This document shows positions 46,914 to 59,692 of a stretch of DNA of 64,000 nt, piece after piece; position 1 is the first letter of the stretch, and each line of letters opens with the position of its first letter. A program made the position numbers and the translations under genes. Origin of the DNA: Patellaria atrata CBS 101060 (Eukaryota); the NCBI GenBank assembly GCA_010093705.1, contig MU006105.1, positions 349,960 through 413,959 of the forward strand, written 5' to 3'. A model generated the notes under the pieces. The model searched no databases. It had not been told where the DNA came from and saw only the letters and a program-made list of their open reading frames with translations.

Positions 46914-48688
46914 ATTTTAGTAATTGGCAGGGACGGGCGAAAACGGCAAGGGCGGCCTCAAACCCGACTTGATCAAGTAACCGCCATGTAGCATCCCACA
47001 TTCCAGACTCTCCCCGCAATAATCGAATCCATCAAAAGTTACATACAAACTACATCCTCCAGAAGTCTCGCCTTCCTGTCAATCCGATAATCCAGAAGTC
47101 CCATAGAGGACCTCATAGGCCACGCACCAAGCTGACAGTAATCTGTACCTGACCGTATGTACAAGTATCATCGTAGTCCGGACCAGTGACTTTGGCGGGA
47201 AGAACGAGTTTTAGTGGAGTGCTGGTGGGAAAACCGCGGACAAGCTCAGGGCATGATAGCCCCAGCCCTACGAAACCCCGCGTCTATCTAACATTGACAG
47301 TTAGTCAGTAACGCCAGCCATGACTTTCCTTCCGGGACTTCGAGAAAGAAACCCGGTCCCAAGTTCCCAACGCCCCTCACAACTCAGCGGTAACGTGATG
47401 TCTATTGTTGGACGTCTTCTCACCCTTATGGTTTGCCCTGGTTGAGCATCAGAGAAATAATAAAGATGGTTAGACATACAAACAGAATAGGATACAATAG
47501 TATTAGTTTCGCAACCGCAGTGATATAAACTTAGAAAGCCAACGTCACATCGATAAACCTTAGATTTAGCACCGATATAGTCGCCCACGAGGCCCCGCCA
47601 ACGCCTCAACGGTTGGGAGACACACAGTAGTCGGATATTACCCCCATATCTCGCCATCTGTAAACCCACCTTAAAGCCGACATATAGGCCACCTTAACCC
47701 ACGTGGAGCGTGAGAAACTGGGACACGTTGATTATTGATTGAAACCCCCTACCTTGCGGGACCATATACTTCTTACCTTATCATCTCTCCACAATCACCA
47801 GTCGTTGTAATCTGTTACTAGGAGTCGCTATACCTCGGCTTCTTCAAAGCAACCGACATGAGATAGTCCAAGACATGTGACAACTGTTGGGACTGAAGAC
47901 GACGTTAGTGACTTGCACCTCACTCACCCACCTTCATCCCCCAATACCATCCTCGCTGCGTCGCAACATCTGCTTGAGCCAGTCTCACCGTCAGCAATCT
48001 CTCTTAATCAACAATCACGCAATCCTCATCCAAAAGAAAGAAAGAAAGAAAAACCAAATTTTATATCGATCTGTTGTAATTCCATTTGAGCAGGGCGGAG
48101 TGCCAAATAAAAACTACTAGGTTGAAGTATGTATCCCGTTCCCGCCCCAAAAGCCGTTCCAAACCGGAGAGAGAGAGAGAGTACCAAGGGAGAAAGAAAA
48201 ACCCAAACCGCCATCGTAAGTCCAAATTCCATCGGGTCATCAAGGTTACGAAAGCAAGTAATTCTCCGCCCATGAGAGATCCGTCGTAAGGGGAAAGGTA
48301 CAGTACCGCCCAAAAATCCCAGGTCCATCCCAAAAGAGTAAGATAGTCGTCGTTCTCATCCATAATCGCGAATTGATCTGTCCAAATCATACATAGGTGA
48401 AGTGAAGTATCCCCTCCGCTGCCGCGGTTAGCGCCCGTCGGCGCTTGAACGGGTGTCAGGTTGGGGGGTTGGGGGGTTGATTTTCCTTTACATCAACCTG
48501 ACATATTATAAGGTTACTGACTCGTCCGTAAACTTTTGTCGCATTATATAGTAGAGTCGGCGACGTCAATAAGGGGTGTCATAGGATTCTCAGAAGGACC
48601 GAGGACACCAAGACAGGGGTCGAAGAATCAAGATTAGCCATCTCCTCATTATAACGGTTTCGTCATGCAAGCGATGATCTTCAAGCGA

Positions 48689-51481
48689 TCAATACGCATA
48701 GGTTCGGCCCAATGGGTTGCCCTCTTGAGACCAAGTAACATTACCATTGCTATTCCCCCCATCCGGAATTCCAGCTGTGGATGTCCTACCAACCACCGAC
48801 GTCTGTGACATGCATGCTAGATCGTTGACAGGGCGAGGAATCACTGGGGGCTCATCAGCTCTTGGAATTACGTTAGCGTAGGTGGAAGATTGCGGCTTTC
48901 CAACAGTTTCCGAACGGAGAGGGGTTTCCGGTTGTGATCTTGCCGATGCAGTCTGTGGGGATTCATCGAAACCCGAGTCTTTATGGGTGGGAGGACCAAA
49001 GTGTGTAAAGATCGCAGCGGGAGGTTCGATTGGTGAGAGAGCACCCGAGATCTCATCTTCTAAATCTGCAAGATGGCTATTGTTGAATTCTCGCAATGCT
49101 AGTGCACGTTCATGGAAGGAAGCTCGGTGAGACCGAAAAGGTGAGGGTGTATGCTGCGGAGAAGGAGATTCCTTAACATCCGAAAATCGAACTTTGTCCG
49201 AACTGTCATTTCTAGTCTCTTTCTTAAGTTCTGGTTCCAGTGCTAACTCCTCATGTAACAGTTCTGTCACAATACTATGTTCGATCGGTTCAATGCTGGC
49301 TTGATCGACGACTCCCGCATCACGATCCATATATATCTGTTCCCACTGACTCTCCCGGTCTCGATCCCTATTCAACGCTTCCAAGTCTTGACCAGCATCG
49401 CTATCGTTGTATGATATCATCGATAAACGACTTACGTCGAGGAAGTCTTCGTAGTTCCGTGTGAGGCCTGGGGTTGGAGATCTTCCGCTTCGTGCAACAA
49501 TGTAGGATCCGGAGCTGTTGTTATAGGGATAGCCTGTCGAGGGTACAGCTTCAGTGAATGTTATATCCGCAGCCGAAATGTCAGAATGAGAGGCAGAAGC
49601 ACGCTTCCGTTTATACTGGTCAATGTCCTCCAAACCAACAGCGGTAGCAGGATCGATATATTCCTTGTCAGACCGGTGAGTCGATACACTATGTCGTGAC
49701 TCCCCTAAAGGCTTTGGATCTTCAGGCTTGATTTCAGGAAATTTGGCGAGGTGATCGCGCGCAGAAAGGCGCCTTCGCGGGTCATCATCTAGACAACTGC
49801 TGATTATCTCGCGGAAATATGTCGGAACTTCGTGGCCCTCTCTACTAAAGGTCAATGGTCTCTCCTGTCGTTCAGGTTCATCCTCTTCTTCCGCAAGAGC
49901 CCACAAAACCATGCCAAGCTGAAACAGGTCAGACTTGACACCGATGTAGATGGATATTCTCTGCTTGCTCTCGATGAGTCTGGACATCTCCGGAGGTTCC
50001 CATCCCACTGGGCATCCGCGGCGGTTGATATCAATGATTTTCGCATTGTCGTTAGAGTCCACCACGATGTTCGAAAGCGTGAAATCACCCTGGACAAACC
50101 CAGCTTCATGGATTTCAGAAAGGCCCTGAACGATTTGCTTTGCCCATCTCTCCCTCCGCTTCCAGGGTAAGGTGCTAGTCCCTTTCCAGTCATATATCAA
50201 GTCAACTAAGGCACCTTGTTCCGCAAAGCTGATCAAGAGTCCTTTGAGGAGTTCCCGCTTCTCATCAACAACAATGCCCTCAAATTGAATGACACTTTGA
50301 GAATCTTGTAAGCTACTAAGGGCATTGATCTCGTACAAAAACTCCTCCACGGTGTCCGGACCTGGAATCTCCTTTTTGATGAAAGATCGACCCCTATGAT
50401 TGACCTTGTACACGAAACCGGAAATGTGTGATTCAAAATCTAAAGAGCTTTCGGTAAACTCACGACACTGCAGATGGCCGATCGCGGAGACTGAGGGGTA
50501 CTGAATGATTTCATTGACGTCTTCAGTGACGTGGACATGGAGACGGCCTTCCGCAGTCTGAAGCTTGAGATTAGTCACTGTATCATAAAATTGAATGGCG
50601 GGGAGCGAATCTCGGATTGCTTCATAGATCCGTGCGTTCTTATCACGTTGATAATGCAGGCTTTTCAAGTCCTGTTCCAAAGAGTCAGGACAACAATCTC
50701 GATAATCGCATGACACCGTAACTCTTCTCCAAAAATTAGGTTTCTCGGCAAAAGTGATGAAGAATTTCTCCCGGTCTGACATATCTCTAAAGTGCATGCT
50801 CAGGTTGAGTATCCATTTCGATTCCAACTCTTCCTGTAAAATTCTTGGATCAATTTCTTGCTCTGAGTCCTCATTATCGCTGGGCTCATCGAAGGAAAGT
50901 AACGGCAGTTGTTGGCTTAATGGACGGTTCTCCATAGCCTCGTCTTCGAATTCGTGTTGATCTTTGTTATTCGTAGAGGCAACGCGTGCTGGAGCTTCGG
51001 GTTTAGCGGGTGCGGCCTCGTTCGGGTTATCTCTGATGTTCGGTGCCGAAAGTGAAGGTAAAGATAGGGGGGACGGTGAAAGTGTCCGTCTCACATGTCG
51101 TCGGTCCGCGGAAAGCGCGCGTCTTTCCGCTGTAGGAGGTCTATGCGGTTCTAATCTTTCTCGTTTCTCCGAATTCTGTCTCCTGAATGTAATCGGTCTC
51201 GGAAGGCCAGGAACAGCCTTTCGTGTCGGCCTCCTATGTGAAAATCCCTGTCCATCTTCTTGACCATTATCCTGCTGCTGTTGGCCGCTATCCCAACTCT
51301 TAGACTGCGACAATGTACTCCCTTGAGCATCCCCCTCTTCTTTCTTCAACCAATTGCTAAAACGAGAAAACCTATCCCATATATTCCGTTTTCCTCCAAA
51401 TTCGCCTGCCGTCGTCGACAATTGTTCGTCACTTGCAACTAGAAACATGCCAGGTATCGGATTGGGTATATTAAGGGCCAT
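48689..51481 (-). CDS. Fungal protein kinase-like protein with atypical catalytic motifs
   Basis: 930-aa ORF; SGFVYKV, IKKEI, EFLYEI, IHEAGFVQGDFTLSNIV, IIDIN, GWEPPE, KSDLFQLG, DPRRRLSA. Confidence 0.85.
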   Translation of the reverse strand: MALNIPNPIPGMFLVASDEQLSTTAGEFGGKRNIWDRFSRFSNWLKKEEGDAQGSTLSQSKSWDSGQQQQDNGQEDGQGFSHRRPTRKAVPGLPRPITFRRQNSEKRERLEPHRPPTAERRALSADRRHVRRTLSPSPLSLPSLSAPNIRDNPNEAAPAKPEAPARVASTNNKDQHEFEDEAMENRPLSQQLPLLSFDEPSDNEDSEQEIDPRILQEELESKWILNLSMHFRDMSDREKFFITFAEKPNFWRRVTVSCDYRDCCPDSLEQDLKSLHYQRDKNARIYEAIRDSLPAIQFYDTVTNLKLQTAEGRLHVHVTEDVNEIIQYPSVSAIGHLQCREFTESSLDFESHISGFVYKVNHRGRSFIKKEIPGPDTVEEFLYEINALSSLQDSQSVIQFEGIVVDEKRELLKGLLISFAEQGALVDLIYDWKGTSTLPWKRRERWAKQIVQGLSEIHEAGFVQGDFTLSNIVVDSNDNAKIIDINRRGCPVGWEPPEMSRLIESKQRISIYIGVKSDLFQLGMVLWALAEEEDEPERQERPLTFSREGHEVPTYFREIISSCLDDDPRRRLSARDHLAKFPEIKPEDPKPLGESRHSVSTHRSDKEYIDPATAVGLEDIDQYKRKRASASHSDISAADITFTEAVPSTGYPYNNSSGSYIVARSGRSPTPGLTRNYEDFLDVSRLSMISYNDSDAGQDLEALNRDRDRESQWEQIYMDRDAGVVDQASIEPIEHSIVTELLHEELALEPELKKETRNDSSDKVRFSDVKESPSPQHTPSPFRSHRASFHERALALREFNNSHLADLEDEISGALSPIEPPAAIFTHFGPPTHKDSGFDESPQTASARSQPETPLRSETVGKPQSSTYANVIPRADEPPVIPRPVNDLACMSQTSVVGRTSTAGIPDGGNSNGNVTWSQEGNPLGRTYAY

Positions 51482-54153
51482 GAGGTTGAGGAAGAGGGCG
51501 GGGAAGTCCCGTCAAGGTTAATCACAACAAAGCAGCTTCGAGGGCTTGTAAGAGGTGATACTAAGCGGAGGTGGCTATCTTTGTAAGATCATCTTTGGGG
51601 GAAGTTGTGTAACGCGTCTATGACATGCGGCTGTCCATAAGAGAGTCTGGCTTCTGCGTATAACCCGATTCAGTATGTCTAAACAGCACTATGTCTAGGT
51701 TTTCAAGATATACATAAAGAATGGTAAAGAATTAGCTGTATAGAAGAAAGAAGTATTATAAAGAGTTGTTCATGAAGAAGTTTAAGGTAGTAAGGGATGG
51801 ACCGGTGTGTAAGCCTCGAAGGAAGAGATGGAAGGAGGTTAAGGTTGATAATTTCTGAGGGCGGACAAAGCTGTGGGAAGTGCTGGGTGAGGCTGCAAGC
51901 TGGGGCGTTCAATTGGGTGCGGATCCCCGGGCTATGGGCCTTTGAACAGGCCGTGCAGGCCAACCGGGGGCTTGCTTCTAAGAAAACTGGGCGCACCAGC
52001 CCCCCGGGCGTAAGAAAATGATACAACCAGCACGATCAGAGGAAGACAACAACAACTGAGATCTACCCCGTCAGATGTCAGATGTCAGGCTTTAAGGATC
52101 TTTATCATGCCACATTGACCATTCAGCTCCGTCCGAATCATAGGGCTCAAGAGTTTCAGCAGAAAAGAAAGACAATAAAACTCATAACGGGGCCTCTTCC
52201 TTCTCTCAGTGAACTCATATTGCGTATATTCTCCTCGTATAACCTTGCACCGACAACGGACGGACCGATACTGGTAGTCCACTGTAAAGTATACCGTATG
52301 CTACACAATACGCTACATCATACTCACCTTCCGGACCTTTGCGTTTTACCGCTGTGCTAAGCGTTATTCATCATAAATTTGCGACAATTACCACCTCAAG
52401 AAGGAAAAGAATTTTCAAACTCTAATCTCTCACTCATTTCTATTCGCGACGCACTGTCATCCGGGTGGTTGGGCATCAGACGCAATGGGCGAGTTGCGTT
52501 GACGAGCCTCCACCGGATCATTAAAGAAAACCCAATCGCTCTGCTTTCGGACGCCCACTACGTTGCTTCACGTCTTCTATCAAAGTTATCTGGACGCCTG
52601 TACAGCGCATAGAACCGCAAGAGGGTTTGCCTTCGCCAGTTACATTGATTATTCGTTGCAAGGAATGCGTCATGAGCGAGGCTGGCGGGTTGACACGTCG
52701 ACATACCATATGCAGGCTCGCCGAATTTATCTCGAGACATCAGCTTTTTGAAAGTGTCACTCGATATTTGCAGATATGCTGCAAATTCAAGCAATCCGTA
52801 TCTACGTTCCTGAAATAAATTGCACTTTTCGAATTTGACATGTGCGACTCGAAACTTACAGAAATACCCTCCCCCCCTCATTGGGCATAGAATTTGTTAT
52901 CAGGATTTCTATGAAAGGGACAAGACCAATATATTAAAAACGTTCGTCCCACATACCCGCTCTGGCCGCCACAACTGAAAAAAAAGAAAAGATATGTTCC
53001 ATAACGGGCGCCTAGCATTTCTGATATCTCAACGCCTGCATTTGGTAGAAATATCTTCATATCGGTAATGGTATATATGGTACTTGAACTTCTGAGAGAT
53101 CGTCCAATGGCATGGTCCGCTCCGCATTTAGACTAAGGTACGTATTGATGCATGGTATTGGGTAACAAGATCGGAGAAGCTGACCTTTAGTAAGTCCAGA
53201 TACTCATAAGATGTCCAGTGCAGGCAATTCAAAGCGAATATGTATATAACTTCTCCTAACAGTATCCAATTATGAACCGGAGAACGTTTTTGTAGACAGA
53301 CATGCCCATTCCACGAACCATAAGTGAAGTTCAAGTTCCACCAATGACTACAGCATAGAACAGTAATACGCTCAGTGGTAGAAGTTGTACCATAGTCCAC
53401 ATTGCAGGCCAAGGTTCGCTCTCTGTACAGATAGAAGGTCACTGTTGAAATTTGTTCTTCTCTTCAGCTTTTGACTTGTCCGAACCGAGAAGTTGGGGTG
53501 CTTCTTTGGTGTGAGGCGTTCAGTAGGTTAGTAATAGCCCTGTTGGGGACTTGAGAGTACTGCTTTATTCAAAGTGATCGTATACTCTCGTTTGGTAGTC
53601 ATGGTCAACTTCAGGGTCATCCATAAACATCCTCTTTCAACCCAGTCCAAGAGTTGATGCAGCTAGAAAGTCACTGTACACAGTCAAATCTTTGGACGAA
53701 TATGTTCTATCATTCAGTGTTATTGTTTTAAGTTGCCCAATTTTCTTATGAATAAAGCCAAAATATACAATTTAGTCGTATAATACGGTGTGGCTTCCTC
53801 ATGTAGTCCAGTTTGTATCGTCTGGCGGTTCATTTATGGTATCTACCGACAATATTAATGGTGATAGTAAATGAAATACAACGAGGGACATGCTGAGTAG
53901 TCACTTAATGCAAAAGCCATTCAAAATCCCCTAAAAATTGCGGAAAGAGCCGGGGAAGTCCTCAATCGAGAGGGTCATCAATTGTTTTATTGCCCAGCTT
54001 TCCTTTTGTCTCCTACGTTGGCCCAGTAACCCACCGCACAATCAAAATTTGCCCTTTCAAAAGCCCTCACCTCCTCAGACTCATTATCTTCTCACACACC
54101 TCCATCCAACACCTTCCTCTATCACAGCATCTCCTCCACACAACTCATAAAAA

Positions 54154-55183
54154 ATGCACCAAATCATCAAGCTGAATCCACCCAATCTGCCGTTAAATCC
54201 ATTCGCGGCCAACGAGGACGCAGCTCGTCAGGCGCACAGAAACGCCCAACTTGTAAGAGATTCTCCTTTCCTAATTCCATACCCTCCTTTGTCACGTCTA
54301 GCACTCTACCCTACTATATGTTCGATATACGTAGTGCTACAACCTAAGCCCCCAGACCATTACAAAATCTTCCTTTCACGTATTGACTAGGTCGGATTCT
54401 CCTTGTTGTACGAGTACAGTCAGCCGAAAGGACTTGGCGAGGGGATAAATCGTCTCATTGAACTGCTGTAGTGATACTATAATGAAATACAAGACGAACT
54501 AACAAGTTCTAGGGTCCACTCCTTCGACGGATGCGGGTCCTGGCCAGCAGGAGGAACCAGTATAGGCGGGAGATAGTCCATAACCAACGCCTTCGCGAAC
54601 AAGCGGAAGGCAGTGGAGACGTAAGACATTCCTTTCCTATACACGAATTAAATACCCCTGTTCTATTTTTGAACTGTACTTTCACTTCTCGCTCTCTTAT
54701 GATGAGGTTAAAAGAGACATGAATTAAGTTAATATAACATAGGTCTATGACACTAACATGATAGACCGCTATCTGGGTCGGCTGCGCGAGGCGCAACGAG
54801 CAATTCAGGGAGAGAGAGCTCAGTTGCAAGAAGCCATAGAGCGCTTGGGGGGACGCCCGAGGGGGGGGAGATCGCGCTACCGCCGCCGAGCCGCGGCGAA
54901 TCAAGAGCAAGAGGACGATGCTGCGGAAGATGCTGAGGGAGATTCTGAGGAAATGAGCGACCAAGAGAGTGAGGGCTGGAGGTGGGGGGAACACGGGGGT
55001 GACAGCGAGGAGGAAGAAGAAGGTGAGAGCGGGGAGGAAGAAGAAGGTGAGGTTGGTGAAGAAGAACCCACGGAAGACCGCCGAGCAGGAACTACTGTTC
55101 TCGTAGATCGTACACGCGGACCCCATCATACTCGCCCGGGCCCATCACCAGGCTTCGAGTTGCCCTTTCGCCCGCACCATTGA
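54154..55183 (+). CDS. Hypothetical coiled-coil/acidic protein; likely exons 54154-54252, 54513-54620, 54743-55183
   Basis: GTAAGA donors and CTAG/ATAG acceptors join the frames in phase 0; Arg-rich helical part and Glu-rich tail; no recognised family. Confidence 0.45.
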
Positions 55184-55976
55184 GGGAGAACGGATCTATC
55201 TCAAGATGACTGGGGAAGAGAGACAGCTGTACTTCAAAACATCAAAACACAAAAAACGGGGCTTCAGACGGATATGGAAGTGTAATTCATAAACTCAAAA
55301 CGGATATTTCGGGGTTTCAAGGAGGCAAAAAGAAGTAATGTTACGGTAACAATGGAATATCCAGAGACTTCATATCAGTAAACACTATCTATTCTTTCTG
55401 CTCTTACTAATGACTATATGCTGGGGTTACCATAGGTTCCATAACTCATGATACTCTACCATTGATTCGGGCTGCAGGCGAGATCTCACGTATCTGTAGA
55501 GTTCAAAAAGGCGAGGTTGTTGTTAGAAGCGAACAAAGAGCATACATACTGTAGCAAGAGGAGGAATCCCACAATACTAACTCACCAGATTTCACTGACG
55601 TATACATTTCAAGCTAGAGGACTTCTTGTTGCAAGCGTACAGTAAGGACTGATGCTGTAATAAGAGGAGGACTACCAGAATACCGGGTAGAATCGAAGGT
55701 TCTATATATCTACCTCTGAGCAACTACAAACCGCTAAATCAGATTTCTTCATGCAACCCCGGCTATTTCCATCTTCTACGCCTCTTCCAGGAAGTTTATC
55801 CTGCTAACTGGTTGATACGAATCAACACTGGGAGACATCAAACAGGAAAACGTTGACAGACGGTGAAGATATCCAATAAGGGCACGGCCGTTCCCGCTTA
55901 TACTGCGATCTCGGTCCGGACGATAGTCTTGGTCACGAACAGCTACAGTACATTACTATTGCCATCAATGAGGTAT

Positions 55977-55986
55977 GCGGAACCGG
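55977..55986. promoter_or_regulatory. Candidate Leu3/LeuB site (GCGGAACCGG) upstream of LEU1
   Basis: One mismatch from the CCG-N4-CGG consensus (CCGGAACCGG), ~490 bp upstream of the LEU1 ATG. Confidence 0.4.
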
Positions 55987-56472
55987 CTATGATGAGATTA
56001 CCGGCCCATTCAGCCTGACCAGCAAAAAGATGCAGGTAGAGATAAACATATTGGTCGGTGCTTTAGAATGGGGGGAATTGACGTCACCGAAATGGTATAC
56101 AAGAACAGTATTGTTGGAGAAAAGAACGGATTACAAAACTGCTTTGTATTAACGAGGAAGTACAACTACATCACAAAGGTTTTGATGGTTCGCACATCTT
56201 CCCTGTATGTTGGCGGCATTGTTAAAGTATGAACTCGCGGATTACAAAAAGGGGGGCTGATGCGGGGGTGTTGTTCGAGCACAAGGGGCGATAGTCACAT
56301 CCAATGGACTGCGGCCGATATCGCTGACGAACTATCTCCATAAGATCTCTAAGAAGCACTGGAATTCGCTACTCTTCAAACCTACGAACTTCCCGAACTC
56401 GCCCTTTCTCAATATCCTTTCATTTTTATCCTCCCCAACCTTACTCCTATCTTATTATATAACCAATTCACA

Positions 56473-58973
56473 ATGCCGGGTGCTGTAAAGGGGCCTCAAA
56501 CGCTCTACGACAAGGTCTTTGAGCAGCATATTGTTGACCAGAGGGATGATGGAACGGTATTATTGTATATCGGTATGAGAACTTCTTCGAAGTTCGAATT
56601 ATGCGTTCCTAATTACTTGAGTAGATAGACATCTAGTTCACGAGGTCACATCACCGGTAAGGACTTCTTAGTCCTCTATGAACTCTTAGAAACCAATACT
56701 GACACAGCTACAGCAAGCATTTGAGGGCCTTAGGAATGCAAATCGAAAGGTTCGCAGACCAGATTGCACATTGGCCACCACAGATCATGTATGGTTACCC
56801 TTATCTGCAAGTCTGAAGGGTTTTGCGGAGTGCTGACCGGGAATCCTTGTAGAATGTCCCTACATCCTCACGGAAGAACTTTAGGAGCGTCTCCACATTC
56901 ATCGAGGAGGAAGACTCGAGAACACAATGTGCTACCCTCGAGGATAATGTCAAAGCGTTTGGAATAACATATTTCGGACTCGGCGACAAGAGACAGGGTA
57001 TTGTTCACATCATCGGCCCCGAACAAGGATTCACCCTTCCCGGAACGACTGTTGTCTGCGGCGATAGTCATACCTCTACTCATGGCGCTTTCGGAGCTCT
57101 TGCATTTGGTATCGGTACTAGTGAGGTCGAGCACGTTATGGCGACCCAGACACTTATCACAAAAAAAAGTAAGAATATGAGGGTCCAAGTAGATGGCGAG
57201 CTTGCTCCAGGTGTAAGTAGCAAAGACGTCGTTCTATACGTCATTGGACAGATAGGCACTGCAGGCGGTACTGGTGCAGTCATCGAGTTTTGTGGCTCTG
57301 CTATTCGTGGGCTAAGCATGGAGGCGAGGATGTCTATGTGCAACATGTCTATCGAGGGCGGTGCTAGAGCTGGTATGATTGCTCCCGACCAGATCACTTA
57401 TGAGTATCTTAAGGGAAGGCCACTTGCACCGCAGGTTGACAGTCCGGAGTGGAAAAAGGCCATAGCGCACTGGAACACACTGAAATCTGACGACGATGCT
57501 AAGTACGACATCGACGTTTTCATCAACGCTAAGGATATCGCACCGACTGTTTCTTGGGGAACTTCCCCTCAAGACGTGGTTCCAATCACTGGAGTAGTTC
57601 CAAGTCCTGATGACTTCGAAGATGAAGATAAGAAAAAGGCTTGCCAACGGGCTCTCGAGTATATGGGACTCACTGCTGGAACGCCGATGCAAGACATTCC
57701 TCTTGACAAGATCTTTATCGGTTCGTGCACAAACGCTAGAATCGAGGACTTACGAGCAGCAGCTGCAATTCTAGAAGGGAAGAAGATCTCTCCATCTTTG
57801 AAGCGCGCTATGGTCGTCCCTGGTTCTGGTCTAGTCAAGAAGCAAGCGGAAGAGGAAGGCCTCGATAAGATCTTCGAGGATGCAGGCTTCGAATGGAGAG
57901 AGGCAGGTTGCTCTATGTGCCTGGGAATGAATCCTGACATCCTCTCCCCTGGAGAACGCTGCGCTAGCACCTCTAATCGCAACTTTGAGGGTCGACAGGG
58001 TGCCGGTGGACGTACACATCTGATGTCTCCCGCTATGGCCGCCGCATCAGCCATCGTCGGCAAACTTGCAGACGTCCGCAAGATTGCCAGCAGTACGCAG
58101 ACCAACGGCAAGCTCAAAGCATCTCCCAGAGTCGAACTAGATGCCTCGGTCGACGATATCGAAAGCGACGAGGATCTGGACCGGTTATTGGATGCTCCCG
58201 TCGACTCTCAAGGAGGCAACACCGTCGAAACAGGTGCACCTTCCACCGGCGGTATGCCCAAATTCACTCGGCTAAAAGGCCCTGCCGCACCCATCGACGT
58301 GGCAAATATTGATACTGATGCTATTATTCCAAAACAGTTCCTCAAAACAATCAAGCGTTCTGGCCTTGGTTCTGCATTGTTCCATGGTTGGCGGTACAAC
58401 CCATCCACCGGCGAAGAAAACCCAAACTTTGTGCTAAATAAAGAACAATACAGAGACGCGAAGATAATGGTCTGCACTGGACCCAACTTCGGCTGTGGCA
58501 GTTCGCGAGAACATGCTCCGTGGGCCTTGCTTGATTTCGGCATCAAGTGCATCATTGCCCCCAGCTTCGGCGACATTTTCTTCAACAATACCTTCAAGAA
58601 CGGCATGTTGCCTATCCGCATCATTGATAACGCGGTCCTTCAAAAGATTGCAGCCGAAGCCTCCACCGGCAAGGACATCGAAATCGACCTCGAAGCTCAA
58701 CAGATTAAAGACTCGGATGGCAATGAGCTAGCTTCCTTTGAGGTCGAGGAGTTCAGGAAACATTGTTTGATTAATGGACTTGATGATATCGGACTCACGA
58801 TGCAGCAAGAGGATAATATCAAGAGTTTCGAGGAGCGCAGAACGAGGGATACGCCGTGGTTGGACGGGATGGGTTATCTTAAGAGGGATGAGTATGGCAG
58901 AGTCAAGGGATTGGCGGCGAAGGTACCGAGAACGAATAGGGGAGAGGTAAAGGGAGAACCGTTAGAGTGGTAA
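56473..58973 (+). CDS. LEU1: 3-isopropylmalate dehydratase (fused large and small subunits), three short 5' introns
   Basis: [74 protein letters not shown]. Confidence 0.98.
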
Positions 58974-59692
58974 AGATTTTATCTAATATGATGAGGAAGG
59001 GAGGGTGGCTGCTTTGGAAAATTTGCGGAAGTGGATATACTGGTATTTCTCCTTGTGGAGTTGTTCGATGAGGGAAAAGTGTTGGTATATATATGATGGT
59101 TTGGTTTTTGTATGGATTTGGGAGCCCTTATTTTCGGTCTTATTTACGGTGGCATAATTTGATGGTCTGGGGTATGATGTGAATGATTATTTATAATTCG
59201 GGAATTCAATAAAGGCTTTAACTACGAGATACTCCCACTGGAGACTGTTTTAGGACTATAAGAACTCCACTGAACTTATCCTTTGCAGTTTGACAAAGAT
59301 GAAATATTTCTCATATCGTACTCTCAATCTACGATACCCTACCTTGGACGGGAAGAGCTGAACTCCTATAAATAAGCACACAAACCGACACCCCGTCAAT
59401 ATATCCGTAGATGACCAAGAATATACACCATACCAGGGTCCGTGTACGAACCTTCCTATCTCGTCTTTATCTACCTTTACCACCTCAACTGCCAACGCAC
59501 AATAACGGTTTGCTCCACCTTGTCCAATTACAACCATGATTGACGCTACGGCTAACTACCGAACCGATTCGTCAGATTCATGGTAAGTAACTGGGCAGAC
59601 GGGAGCTATATGGTTACGTTGACCGTGCATGGTGTCAGCGATGCACACGAGGACTGGACGATGTAAAGTGTTAAGGAGATTGCGCACGGCAG

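Noticed and set aside
48026..48390. Hydrophobic short ORFs downstream of the kinase gene
   Set aside because: Low-complexity, T-rich 3'UTR-like sequence with no family motifs.
52340..53450. Possible decayed minus-strand gene with a WSCPFHRNP (CPF zinc-finger-like) motif
   Set aside because: I could not assemble a consistent frame or exon chain; a single short motif is insufficient.
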